The position numbers and the translations under genes are program-made. The notes beneath the pieces were generated by a model that was not told the origin of the DNA, made no database searches, and saw only the letters and a program-made list of their open reading frames with translations. Positions 25,217 through 38,839 of a stretch of 64,000 bases of DNA are shown piece by piece. Position 1 is the first letter of the stretch; each line of letters starts with the position of its first letter. Source of the DNA: Ptychomitrium polyphyllum (lineage: Eukaryota); assembly GCA_973851085.1 (NCBI GenBank), contig OZ316776.1, forward strand, positions 9,176,001 through 9,240,000. The letters are read 5' to 3'.

Positions 25217-27166
25217 GAACCTTCCTAGGTTTGAATTATATAATCCAGACATTGAATGACACTTACGGAATTTAATTTCAAGAAAAAGACGTCAAGGTAT
25301 AAGAAATCTTGGACCATCATTTATTGAAGCTCAGGCATTCATGAGAGCAGCAAAAGATAAATCAATCTATGCCATTTATGCAATGCCAATGTTCGGCTGT
25401 ATAGAAGAAACTAATCAGAACATACCTTGTCAATATCATGATTATAAAGACGTTTTTGAGAAAATAAATGCGAACATATTAGCAAAGCATTGGCCTTATG
25501 ATTGTACCATTGAATTGCAAGAAAGGATCCAACCACCTTTTGGACCTATTTATAACTTATTACAAACATAGTTGACTGCTTTGAGAGAATATATTGATGA
25601 AAACCTCGGAAAAGACTTCATCCAACATTCTAAATCACCTGCTAGAGCACCCATTCTAATTATAAAGAAAAATGATGGATCATTATGTATGTGTGTGGAA
25701 TATCAAAGTTTTAAAAAAGTAACAAAAAAGAGTTGCTATTTATTACCATTAATCTCAAGACTCCTACATCAACTTGGCCATGCAAAAATATTCACCAAGA
25801 TTGAGGAGCCTACAATCTTGTATACATAAAAGAAGGAGACAATTGGAAGACAACCTTTTGATATAGGTAAGGCCATTTTGAATACAATGCCATGCCTTTT
25901 GGCCTTAATAATGTTCCTACAATCTTCTAACACATGATGAATGATATCTTCCATGAACACTTGTACGATTTTGTAGTCATCTTTTTAGATGATATTTTGA
26001 TATATTTAAAGGATGAACAAGACTACAAATGTTATAAGCAATTGGTCTTAGAAAACAACGTTAGCTAGGATTATATGCCAAATTGGAGAAGTGCCTTTTC
26101 TATAAATCTTTGGTTGAATTTTTAGGCTACATTATCTCCAAAGGAAGAATTCATATGGATGAGAAGAAAATAAGTATTGTAATGAAGTGGAGTACGCTAA
26201 GATCTACTCGAGATGTTCAATGCTTCTTGGGATTTGCAAACTTCTATAGGAAATTCATCAAGGAGTGTTCCAAAATTGCGGCACTACTAACACGATTTAT
26301 GAGGAAGTTAAAATTCACATAAAATGAAGAAGTAAAAAGAGTATTTCAAGGTCTTACAAAGTCATTTATGTCGGTTCTAATCTTTATTCATCCAAATCCA
26401 TCAAAGCCTTTCTATTTAGAAGTAGATGCCTAAGATTTTGCGATTGGCTCAATACTCTCACAATATGATGAAGGCAGGAGACTCCATCCTATTGTTTTTT
26501 ATTCAAAGAGGTTATTAGCGGTAGAGATCAACTATAATATACATGATAAGGAGTTACTTGTAATTGTAGGTGCATTTGAAGAAAGGCCACAGTTATTGGA
26601 AAGAATCTAATATACTACCACGATAAATATATACCACAAGAACTTAGAGTACTTCATGAGTGCATGTGTTTTGAATTGCCGTCAAGCAAGGTAAAGTATG
26701 TCGCTTTTCAGATTTGACTTTGTCATTACATATCAACCTGGTAGCCTATAAGGTAAGCCGGATGCCTTATTTCAAAGATCTTATTTAGCTCCTCAATTTG
26801 AAGATGATATTTTGGATCAACAAAGGACTATTTTATTGAAGCTATATGCTCTTCAATTGAAAGAAACAATTATTACAACAACATTCTATTTTGACAAAAT
26901 TTGGAGGGATATGAAGAATGATGTCTTTATTTTAAATATAAGAAAGTTCTTCAAAGACAATGAAAATCCTTTAAAAGTTATGAGAACTTTGAATTCCAAG
27001 AAAGCCTACTTTATAATAAAAGACTTTTGTATCTACCTCAAGGTCCTATGCAATTGAAGATCCTTCAAACAGGTCATGTTTTTCCAGTAGAAAAGCATTT
27101 CTCATTTAATAAAACAATGGAGTTGACTGATAGAGACTATTGATGGCTGCAAATGTAGAAATATGT

Positions 27167-28297
27167 TGTCGTGATGAGAGTGGTAGCTATAAGAAACACA
27201 TAGTATTTTTAGCATCTAATTTCTCAAAGTCAAGATGAATGAAGAGTTTCTATTTCTAACATCCAATGAAGCAAATACTCTACCCCAACTTTTCCCTTTA
27301 CGCTGCCTTAAAAATCCCGAATGCTAAATATACCATAACTTCTAGCAAACTAATTCAAAGCATCTAAAATTTTAACAAAACCTTCTTGAAACATTCAGTA
27401 TGCTACATATAAATTTTAATTGCAGAATACTTAGTACTCTCTAAGATTCATAACTTCAAAGTTTACATTCTTCATTGCTACAACTTCTATACCCCTATCA
27501 CTTTACCACTTCATGACTCTCCTTTTATCGTAAATTCAAACTTTAAAATTTGTGTACATAATACATATCTTATAATAAACACCTTGTCAAAAGATCAACC
27601 TTAGAAATCCCTTCAATCATCTACAATGACTCAAATTGTGCAACACACCTTGTCAAAAGATCAACCTTAGAAATCCCTTCAATCATCTACAATGACTCAA
27701 ATTGTGCAACACCAAATTCTATTATACATTGCTCTCTAAGTCCCAGTTGCATTTTTCTCTATATCTTTTGTTCAAAAAGTTTAATGCTTATCAAATTTTG
27801 ATAGCATCTTTCCAAAGTAATCTAAATCTTTCTAAAATAATCTAAATCTTTCTCTCAAAATTTCACTTACAAAAGACGTTTCTTCAAGTAGTCAAAAACA
27901 TTCAAATAGCTGCCCTCAGAAACTCAACTTTACTTTACTCAAACTAAAGCCACGACCACATACTAACTCCAAATGGAGCGTGTGATAGCTTTGTAGAAAG
28001 CTTACAAAGAAAAAAAAAAAGCATATTATGAGATCTCACCCAAAGAAAGGCTGCCTTCTTATTTTAGTGGGAGAGGCACCCAAAGAAAGGCTGCCTTCTT
28101 ATTTTAGTGGGAGAGGCAGTTATATCTCTCCACATCAACCCCTAATTCCTTGTATCAAATCCTCATCTAATCATATCTTCAAATAAAAAACAATCTAAAT
28201 CTTTTTCTTTTGTTTTTCTTTCTTTTCTTTCTTTTGGTTTTCTTTTGTTTTTCTTTCTTTTCTTTCTTTTGGTTGAAACTTCTAGGTTCCAACTACA
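27167..28297. mobile_element. Non-coding, LTR-like insertion truncating the integrase of element A; contains several exact tandem duplications
   Basis: Integrase similarity stops abruptly at ~27166. The segment runs TG...ACTACA with no TSD found. Internal tandem duplications at 27579-27713, 28037-28118 and ~28203-28275. Confidence 0.4.
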
Positions 28298-28717
28298 AAA
28301 AAGATAAAATCAACTTCACATTTTTTTTTAAATTTAACATTTTTTGATCATCCATAGTTGTGTGTAGCATTGGAGAACTCTAGTTTATCACTGGGCTTTC
28401 CAAATTCCAAGGTTAGCGTGAGTTGCTACCAGTTCCTGAAGAATGCTATCAATAAATAGTATAGTTTGTAAGTTAATTGAGAAAAATCCATAAATTTCAG
28501 AAAATTGAAAACTGAATCTCAGATCTCAGAGCCGGACGTCAAGGCTCATCAAACAACCACTGCATACAAGAACATAGCATGCGAGGATAATAATCCTTGT
28601 GAGCAATCGAAGTTACGGATCCATTCCACAAAGTTTTGAATGTACAGTACATATAACATAATTGTGATGTCCCAAATACAAGTGTCAGCTGCAGAAGGAA
28701 AGAATACAAGCGTGCTT

Positions 28718-31700
28718 CTAGTTAATCTTTGGTTTCGGCCTTCTCCTTCGCAGGAACAACCAAAGCACAACCACTACTACTACAACCCCAGCCAACACCT
28801 TTGTAAGGTCAAGTTCCAGATCCACTTTCCTCTGCTTCAAGCATCGGATAGGATGCATGGCAGCCACTGTCTCATTTGCCTCCATATAGAAGCTGCAAGA
28901 ACAGCACAACCACGTGGTAGACATGAGTACATACGAATTTCATAAGGTAGGTTTAAGGGAAGTAATGTACTGTCCCAAAGAAACTCTCAGGTCGACAATG
29001 GTGGGTTTAGCTTGAAATGCATTGAGAAAGTTTAACTTCGACAAAATCCAGTGAGGTTAAAACCGTTGCCAGTGAGTAAGAAACCATGATAAAATTGCAA
29101 AACTTACTCTTTTGCGTCCCGTTCAAGATACGCCAGCAGCTTAACCACTTCACTATAGCGCAAACTTTCAGCCAAACTTGCGATCTGTAACACAGTTGAA
29201 TAAGTAATTTCAGAACTTGTTCCTGAATTTTTACCGGCTGTGCAACAGCTAGAGGATCAGTCTAATCTGAGAATAAGGCAAATCACATCCAGAACTAGAA
29301 ATATATAACCAAATCAAGTTTGAATAAAGATGATAAGTCCATTTCAAGATGAAAACTATAATTGAACTGTTTTATTTCCTTAAAGAACTGAAGGAGCAAG
29401 ACATACCCGCTTCCAAAGGTGGACAACAGTTTGATAATGCCTCAATAGTTTAGCTTGACGTGCTTTCACCACTCCAAAAGTTTTCTCATCTGGAATATTA
29501 GGGTCAAGGGAACAAAAGGAAACTCGAAATTTAAGATATCGGAATTTAACTCCCACAATTTGACCTCAAATGAAGAGCAGCAGCCAAATCGCCTCTCTAT
29601 CTCAATACATGAGTAGATGCTTCTCAAACCCCTCAAATCCGTTCTCATAAGAATCAAAGAGAAGAATGTGTTATCACTGCAACAATGTAAAAACCAATTT
29701 GAAGGATACAAGTTCCCTCCTTGCTTAAGAGGCTTATTGCAGCATTAAGTGTATCAATTGATTCATCCAACGCAGAAACCATGTAGCTTCGAGCAATAGC
29801 ATCAGTTTGGAAACTTGATACTTCATATCCTTTTGTTGTGCAAGATAGAATGTGTGACCCTGCGACCCAGGTCCAGTCCTGCCTCCATGCAAGCACCACA
29901 CAGTGAGGAAAGCCCTGATATTCAGAATGTGTTAGGAGAAAATTTCCGATTTTTGATTACAAAATCAACTTCCGCAATAAGATTCTAAAGGACAATTGAG
30001 ATCTCTAAGACTAAAATACTTCAACAAACCTGGGCAGTATTCTGATGAGCGTGACTATAAGTGAGCTGAGTCTCGACCAACCCTGCAAGGTGCTCTGCCA
30101 CAGCTGCCACTGCTGCCTTCATTGGTCGGCTGCAATCGTAAATAGGATCATTAGCCTTGCGATTAAACAAACAACCACAATTCACGAACTCAGGCAATCA
30201 CTACTTATATATAGATCCTTACCTGAGGTCCCAATGAATAATCTTGCTGTTGCACTGCAAGTGACTCTCCCATTTTGGTTGGCTAGATTGCACAACAAAA
30301 ACCATGTCAGGTAAAGCCTTCGCCACATAATGCTTGTCGATGAACAGGGGCTCGTCACCAGATCGCACAAACCAAAATATAGGTAGTTCCAAGGAAATTC
30401 GTCCCTGCTCCTTGAGGTCTGCAAGATACGGAACATCAGCATCCAAACACGTCTTAGATCTCACAATAGCCACAACTTCTTCCCGTTGCCCATCATCCAC
30501 AGGTCAAACATACGATAAATGGGTCATTAGGAGATAAGGAAATTGTGACCTTAAATCGGCAAAAGAAGAAAGAAAGAAAGAAGAAAGAAAGAAAGAGAGC
30601 TAAACTGCTTGGCTGTACAATTCTGTCCGTGGAATTATAAGCAATGGCGAGCCAAATATTCCAATGCTACTAAGACAGAATAAAGAGCATTAAGATCATA
30701 ATATCGTGGCCATTATTAGTTATCCATGAGCAGATTTTGTACAAGACTCCTCCTACAGAAGCTGACCTGAGTGGGGTCCAAAGCCACTTAGCCGTTGCAA
30801 CTGCTCCTGAAGAAGAAGCGAATCGAGATATACACGGTTTGAAGACTGATAAGTTCCATTCACCAACAAAACTGGGACTGCAGCAGCACGTCGAGCAACA
30901 GAAAAAGCCATAGCCAGCGCAGGATCATCTGAAAGCACGACTCTGTATTCCCACAAATAGTGCCCTTAGTCAAATCAGTAATGTCCCCAAAGAGCAAAAC
31001 AGTGACATTCCCATAGTAGGATGAGAACGGTAATAGAATTCAAAACCTAAGACAAGCTATCATGGCCAAACTATCAATTAGGCAAATTTCAACAGAGAAA
31101 TAACCACAAATCATCTACGAACATTGGCCAGTCTAGTTTCGATTGAAATTATCTCAGAGTCGACTACATGATTCTATACTGAAAAATGCACAAATGCACC
31201 CCAAGCACATGTTATGTTTATGAAGTATTACCCACCCAGTACTTTTAAGTAGATCCCTCCGCAGGGTTCAAGCAAAGAAGATATAAGTTCAGATTCTGGC
31301 CAAGTATCACATACCAAGCTACGAAGGGAAACAGCACATTCTAAAAAGTAATCGACATAGATAAATAAATGAACTCTAAAAGGTCTTAGAGATCGACCCG
31401 AGTATAGAATAGTATACTTACTTCTTCACACTAAATGCAACCTTCTGAGGAGGTACAATCAAATCTTTTAGAGATTCTATAAACGCTCCAACATCCACTG
31501 GCAGCAGGGATGGATTCTTCAACTTCTGAATAAACAAGGGCCGACATTAACTTCTTTGACTCAGAACAGGGGCACATATTCTCCACACCAGCCATCTACC
31601 CAAGTGTAACAGCTTTATGCCGTGTAACAATGGCCACCCGCAAAGTGTGACATAAATCTGGAACATAATCAAGCATCATTATCATTGGTAGAAACATAGT

Positions 31701-34700
31701 TTTTTTTAATGTAAACAAAGTTCTTTTATAATCCAGGAACGCCATTCAGGGAAAAACACATAGAAGGCTGTCTCACGTTCATATTTAGTACCCTCAATCA
31801 ATGCTAAGACGCAATAAGAAGCAATTCCAGAGAAAAAGGTTCAACGATCACCTCTTGAGTGATAACATAAATCTGGAAAACAATCTTCTCATAGTAATGA
31901 AATGCTCCATCAGCTGTAGATGGCGTGATGAGGTGCTTCATGGATCCAGACAAAGTTGAAGCAAGTTGTGCCAAAAACGAATCTCGTGAAAGAGAAAAGG
32001 CTTCAGGCTTCTGCAGGTCAGTAGGAGATTCAGTAACAGCACAGTTGTACCGACTTTCTCAGGCAGAAGGAATCTAGTATAGAGCTTGAAGTTCAGATGG
32101 AGTTGCTACAATACAGATGAAACTGAAGGACACGTTTCAAGACTTCCATACAGCACAACTAGACTTGAAATGGCACTATCAGACAATCAGACAGTATCAG
32201 AAAAAGACGCACAAAGAAATGCAAATAAAATAATAAGTGAGCTAATATCCAAAAAACTTTTAAATATAAATCTTAGAAACATATACCACAACTGGGGCTG
32301 AGAACAAGTTCCATTCTTCAATCCGAATTAATGCATCAGATGCTTTAACACGCTGAGTCTCTTCAGGTAACTCTTCACTAAGGCTTGATAGCTCTGTCTT
32401 GACATCGCTCATCCTTTCACGAAGCTCTACAACCAAAAATCACTTCCAAGCATGTAACCCTCAGTCTGGTATTGCATTTTCAGCCATGCACTACATTCTG
32501 TATAAAACTACATTCTACAGAGCTAATTCGAATGCAAGAAATCAATAGAACGATGCGCTAAGCATCTCCTCAGCTTTCCAGCAAAACGAGGACAAGCGAT
32601 AGGCAGAAGGCAGTACCTTCACATAAGCGAGGCTGAACTTTCCGGCCCCGGCAATGCTTGAAGTAAAACAGTTCATAAACATCAACCTCGGCCAGAAGCA
32701 TATCAACAGCATGCTGCTGAGGATCCTGAAACCCAGCCATTGTAAAAATGTAATTTGTATACCATACCACACAGTAATTGAAGTTGCCGAATCTAGAAGG
32801 AGCATGACTACGTGTCCTTAGACTCTGAGACTCCAATACTCAATAAACACTAAACCTAATAGCCTCACCAACCCCCAACGGATCATGACTATGTACGGTA
32901 CTCTATTCATATCCCAATCAAAGCACGTCAAAACTCAAATTCCACCTCGTTTTCTTCAAATGTTATAAACCGATCTTGAACCATCTTCTGCAGTTCTTCT
33001 TGCACCTCTTCTTCTGATGCCCCTACAAATTCAGCACATCATTTTGGATTAACCAATCTGGAAAGCATAAAAGACCTACAATTCTACAAATTGGTAGAAA
33101 ACATACTGAACTGACATTCCCGTACTGACGATCGACGAAATCCCTTTAAATTGGTCACGTCACCCTCACAGCAGTACCATCGTAATCCGCAGAGTGGAGA
33201 CCAAAACTTTCGTCGACAGATGGTAAGCTACGATCGACACGAACTCCTTCTCCTCCAACGGTTGGACCCCAAGTGAAGGGCGCTGCTGTGAGATCTACGA
33301 AAGCCCACCTGTAACATCAAAATACAGATTTCAAATGAGGCTAGTACGAGGTTATCACATCTGCAGGCAATGGCTCATAGTCTCACAAATTTTCTGAACT
33401 ACACTGATCGACAAATATTTTTTAGCACAGTGCAAACACTACCGCTTCAACAATGAATCTCATTCATAATAGCAAGCCAATAGGCATTATATCTGTAAAC
33501 GTTTACCTTTGCTTGCCCACCCAAGTATTCACCAGACAGTCTGCTTGCACATTCGTTGGTTTCCCTTCCTTTAGAGCTCTAAAGAGACCATTTCCTTCTT
33601 CACTCCGTCCAGCCAATATCTGAGCATGTACACAAAATGAAATTCACTTGTCAGTATGGACAAAACATTAAACAAAGTATCCTCAGCAGTAATCGACGTT
33701 TCATATCTGCATTAACTAAAACTAAGACAAAAATAAGCTAGTAAACAAAGATACAAAGTCACCTGTACGTACTCAAATACTAAACTCCACTTGTGCAGAA
33801 GTTATCTCTTCTATACCAGCAATGAAGCTGAGACAATGACAAAAGTACGCACAGCTCACATGGACAGACGAGTGTTTTTGCACAGATAGGTGGCTACGTA
33901 GAAAAATGGGCTGGCTTAGAACCAAAACTTGGTATACAGCCCGGTTTCATACCAAAATGGGAGAGACACTAAAAATTGTGCGCAGGGTTACAAAATAACA
34001 TCCGTATGGCACACAAAGGCCACAACTAGATATCAACTGTTGAAAAGAATAGACAATATAGATTCAGTTGGAAAATGACACATGAATTGAAATAATGAGA
34101 TTGATAGGATCCATTGATTCGAATGCAGATAAAATCGCTGAATAAAAAGGAAGCAGATTCAGAGCCACGTCAAAACATACCTGTTGAGTAGTGTGAATCA
34201 TAATATCCACAGTTGACTTGTCATACGAATCTTTTTCTACTTCAGCTAGGGCGCCATTGTATGCATCCACCCAATGCTCCTGGAAATCTTTGCAAACTTG
34301 GTGAGGTCGACAAGCACAAATTAATCTCAAGCACAACAAATCATGAACCTTTTATTCTATTTTATTTTATTTTGAGAGATACAATCGATCACAGCAAAGT
34401 GATTTGTGCATATCCCCTTTTTTCCAACTTTGATTTTTGCTGATTCAAAAAGTCAACATCTTATCTCTGACAGTAGAGCAACCACTCACTAGCTCCACTC
34501 GAACAATATATTATTAACACCTGATTCTAGACTTATATGCAAGCCCAGTAGTAAGCCCAGCAAAAGCACAGTAGTAGGCACATATTGTATCTCGTGGAAA
34601 AAGCTTCTCTTCAACATTTCCTAAGGGACAAAGTCATGTAACTGCCAAAAGAGAGATTCAAACACACCGTGTCTGTGTGTTTGGCTGTAGTCCATGCAAA

Positions 34701-37700
34701 CTTCACCATTGGGTGTCGTGCATATAGAGGTTTTTGATATCTATCCTTCTCTGCACAATCAGTTGAATATTGTTCAAATCAAGTGCAAAACAAAGTTCAA
34801 AGATTTAACTCCAATGAAGTTCAATAGAACATAAAAGAGTCCATTCTGAACATATGGGAAGTCTGAGCATCTCAACCTAGAGGATTGGAAACATGAAGTT
34901 CCTTAGAATCAAAAACCATCTTCTTGACGTCTCCATCCTGCACATGCAATCCCCGGTTAGCACTTGTAGGTTAACACAAGTCAAACACTCAAAAGAGCAA
35001 CATATAAGATAAGGAACAGGACATAGGCACAGATCCTCACATTTTCAAGAAGACGAAGCTCCTCTTCAGATAATCCTCGTCTGTAACCAACATAGCATGT
35101 CAAGTAGTAACGGTTTAGAAGCAATAACTCATCTAGAAACACAGATTCTAAAAAACTTGAAATGATTACCATGCAAAGATAGCGTTAAAAATGGAGCAAA
35201 ACAGATATGGAACTTCTATCTTACATGCAGATAGGTAAGCAAGCAAGCAAAAAGATTCTGTGAGTTAGAAATACAGTACCAACATCTTCAACAAGAAATA
35301 TTCATATCCATACCTATATCCATAATTAGCACATGTTGCATTTCGTTTAGGGTTTAGTACTATGATGTTGTAAGCATCGTCCAGCTGAAGGAAGCTTATG
35401 AAGCTCGAAAAGATATGTGACATGCTGTCCATATCCACTTGCCACATCACATCCGTATCAGGCCTGCAGATGTGAAATCCAGAAACACGAATGCATTACA
35501 GTTAATGCCTGGTTAATAAAATTTAAGAAGCATACAGTTTCAGTGCCTTGCGTTCACCAAAGCACGCCATTAACCAACAAATACTACGGATCTGAAAAAA
35601 AGATGGTAATGGCAGTGGAAGATTACACAAGAAATCCGAAAGAAATGAAAGGCGGGCGTACAACACATCATAACGCACTCTACAAGTGTCACCCAGACGC
35701 CAATTCGACTCCTATGAAAATAAAATAATATATCAAATCACCACAATTAAAGCAATCGTGGAGAGGAAGGGCATACTTAGTATCAGATGGATCTTCCTTG
35801 CGGGACAGGGCAACAATCGCCCTCTCAAAGACTCGTGTTACTGCATCGTTCATTTCAATAGAATTTACCGAGTAACTGCCACAGAAAACACAAAAAGACG
35901 ATGAAATAAAACACAAAGTGAGACGCCAAATTGGACCTGGTTATCACACTATGCGAATTTTCTTCTACGTCCTAACAACAGCGGCCATATAATCTTTTGA
36001 CCGACATTGCCATATATAAAGCTTCAAACACTGGAAGAAGCCAAACATGTAAAAAATACCCTAAGATAAGTAGGAGCTTACTTATAATGAGTATTACTGA
36101 CTAGAGAAAGATGGTGCCGCTGTGTTCCATCTCCTTTTAAACGATAAAAGGGTGACAACGACTCTCCTAATTTGGGCACACGAGTATGTTCAATCAAGTT
36201 ATCGATATTCGAGAACCACCTCTCTAACTCTGCTTGTCCCAACTTGATATCTGTAACAATGAGATAAGCATTTGCTTCAGTCACAGTACACCAGAAAAAA
36301 GTAACAGAACACACTACTCAAGTGAAGTCTCAAAAAAATTTGAATTTTGCCGTCCTCAGAGATGCCCTTCGTGAGGGTGGCAGCTTCAACTAAATCTCAC
36401 ACGACTCAATAAAACATCGAAATTTTCGACCTTACGACCAGTTGTATGAACCTAAAAAGATCAAGCAATGCCTTGAGTACGCACTACCTCAGTTCTATAA
36501 GCCATCATTAAACAAAGGATAAAGTTGCAATACTCTGATTTCCCTCGCCATTGAAGCCCACAAAGATGAGGTTGATAGGAATCGGAATGTGAACTGAATC
36601 AATTTCTTCCAGCTTCAAGTAATACCCTAAAAATCCTGCACAACATGTTTGATTAGGTGAACTCCAAAACAGAATGCGTCGGAGCATATGAAACGCAACT
36701 TGGCAGAGGAATTTATGTTATGACACAACAGAATTTGATTAGTACGAATATGTACCCATTCATCAGTACCTGCCTTGGTGTAATTTGCCTTGGCTCCTCT
36801 GCTGACCTCTTTTGAAACATCCCAATCTTCATTTACTGAAACAACAGACACATAAGCCGAGCTTTAAAAGTTACGCATTTGAACAGGCAAACCAAGCTGC
36901 AGGTTTTACTAAACAATTGACGTAGCACTTGGAGTTTGACCTTTGCCCTATCACATCGGACAAGTCTCGAATCACCACACACTGTTTCTGACGAATGCCT
37001 AACCCAGAAATGGGAAAAAAAAGTGTTGAAGAGGAGAAAAATAATTAAATTTTTCCAAAAGTTCAAAATTGTTTCTCTCTCACTCCATCATAACTGCATT
37101 TGCAAGTACTTCGCCAAACCAATTAGTAGAAAAAATCATGCAAGCAGTGCAGTTCTATCAACTCACCATGAGACAGGATGTTCTTGCTCCAGAATTTACT
37201 ATTTTCTTTCATGTTAAAAAGAGACAAAATTGACGGAGGCTTGCGCAATCGTGCTGGCCATAGTTTGCTACTAGCCATTTTGTCAGCTCCTCCGACCTGG
37301 TACATTCTCAAAAAAGAACCTTGCTTAAAACTCTGAACTTTACCAACACATCGTAATTCAACAGATGCATAAGATTGCAAAATAGTCACCAAATAGTCAC
37401 AAGTACTTCCATGTTGAGCAATAGCATAAGAACAGAATAGCAGCGCCTAGAGGCAGAAAATTTGAGACAACGACGTGTCTCCAAAGCGGCTCAAGCACTA
37501 ACCTTCGAGTTTTGCAACTTATGCACATTCTCGTCATACCAAATACCACTTAATAAAGAAAAATGCCAAAATGTCCAAGAAACCGAAAAGGCAAAACAGC
37601 TGATAGCTGATGCTCTCATAAAGACTACATCTCAAACGGGACAAACTACTCTGCACCATAGTTCTACACAAATCGAACAAAGACACTGTTTGCTAGCTTG

Positions 37701-38607
37701 AATCCACAAACAGAGATCACTACGTCACCGCATTCCGAGTAACAAAATCCAACACCTTCAAACCCAGGGTTCTGAACTACATCGAATCCTCTCGCTCTTC
37801 TGCTCAGAACACCAAATCAAACATGAATAAACCACCAAAACCGACAATTCACAATTCATTCCACGACACAAATTCATTTCCAAAACTACCGTAAACTATC
37901 GTACATGGAATCCATGGGCGTAATACGCACAGCATTGCCGTACATACACCCAAACTGAAGCCCACACTTCTGTATGAACAACAAGAAACTACTGAAACCT
38001 CTTTGCACTCATCACATTCCGACAGGAGAATAGTTCAAACACCGCAACAGATCCCAAAACTCCTCTAAGCGATGACTCGACTCATACTCATTCAAAGAAT
38101 TAAACTCCGGTTCATGAAATGAACTCAACCGAGCCGCCAATGAAGAAAACTAATAAGCATACTAATGAGAAAAGTGATAAGGACCAATTTTCATGTAAAC
38201 GAAATCCGCCATACCGCATTCAGTTTCGCCCAGCCCCACCCACCCCACCCGTCAGATTGATGGCCAGGGTGAGCAAGGAGAAACAATGAGCAGGCTTGCA
38301 GACGCTCTAAAGCATTAGCAAAGACTGCAACGCACACACTATTTTTCCCCTCAACATTCTCACGCTTATATTAGCAGCAAATCTCCATGAACTGGAGCGC
38401 GTGCTCACACACGCGCTCACCCCCGTATAAACGAGCCATGGATTCGGTATGCCATATTCCACTCACACGGAAACGGCCCTCATTGAGAGAGAAACATAAA
38501 GGTACTGCGGAAGGTGATCTTACCAGAACGGCAGACGAAAGGAGCAGCAACAAGGAAAGAAACGCCACACGCGCCACGTCGGGGACGCCCCTAGTGCTCC
38601 TACCCAT
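28718..38607 (-). CDS. Large multi-exon conserved uncharacterised plant protein with N-terminal signal peptide and C-terminal transmembrane anchor (resembles the Arabidopsis At5g58100/At3g28720 family)
   Basis: Exon 1 MGRSTRG...FLSLLLLLSSAVL (38607-38524). Exon 2 ...PSILSLFNMKENSKFWS (37296-37167). Internal exons include VPIPINLIFVGFNGEG, ELERWFSNID, YNIIVLNPK, WAFVDLTAAPFTWGPTVGGEG, ELDVYELF-like LAEVDVYELF, DPALAMAFSVARRAAAVP, PLFIDKHYVAKALPDM and QDWTW. The last exon ends VVVVVVVLWLFLRRRRPKPKIN*. The family assignment is from memory. Confidence 0.85.
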
Positions 38608-38830
38608 CGCTCAGAAGGCGATTCGCTTCGGTTTCGCAGTCTCCAAGTATCAGTTCACATGTTCAGCACTACTGCTCTAAGCTCCACACGTGAGATTTCT
38701 GAAAGTGCCATGAGCTTGTTGAAGAGAGGATCGTCGGGTGCCACAGCATTGAGGTTGCAAGCCACCAGCAATGGGTGCATCAACTGTGTGCAATCTGCAC
38801 GTGTGTATGTGTTTGCAGGGCTCGTCCGCC

Positions 38831-38839
38831 AAACCCTAA
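38831..38839. promoter_or_regulatory. Telo-box (AAACCCTAA) upstream of the large minus-strand gene
   Basis: Exact AAACCCTAA. Further copies lie near gene 5' ends at 49608-49616 and 53916-53924. Confidence 0.45.

Larger units (their letters stand above)
15860..27166 (+). mobile_element. Decayed Ty3/gypsy retrotransposon 'A' (host element), interrupted twice and truncated in integrase
   Basis: LTR ~15860-17504 with TATAAATA at 16173. Gag ~17750-18770 (LSWFASL, LDWNNKAL..RFRSNL, degenerate Zn knuckle). Protease LLDTGATECFID at 18779-19139, resuming at ~25217. RT (PPFGPIYNL, FLDDILIY), RNase H (HDKELLVIV) and the integrase N-terminus run to ~27166. Many stops and frameshifts. Confidence 0.85.
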
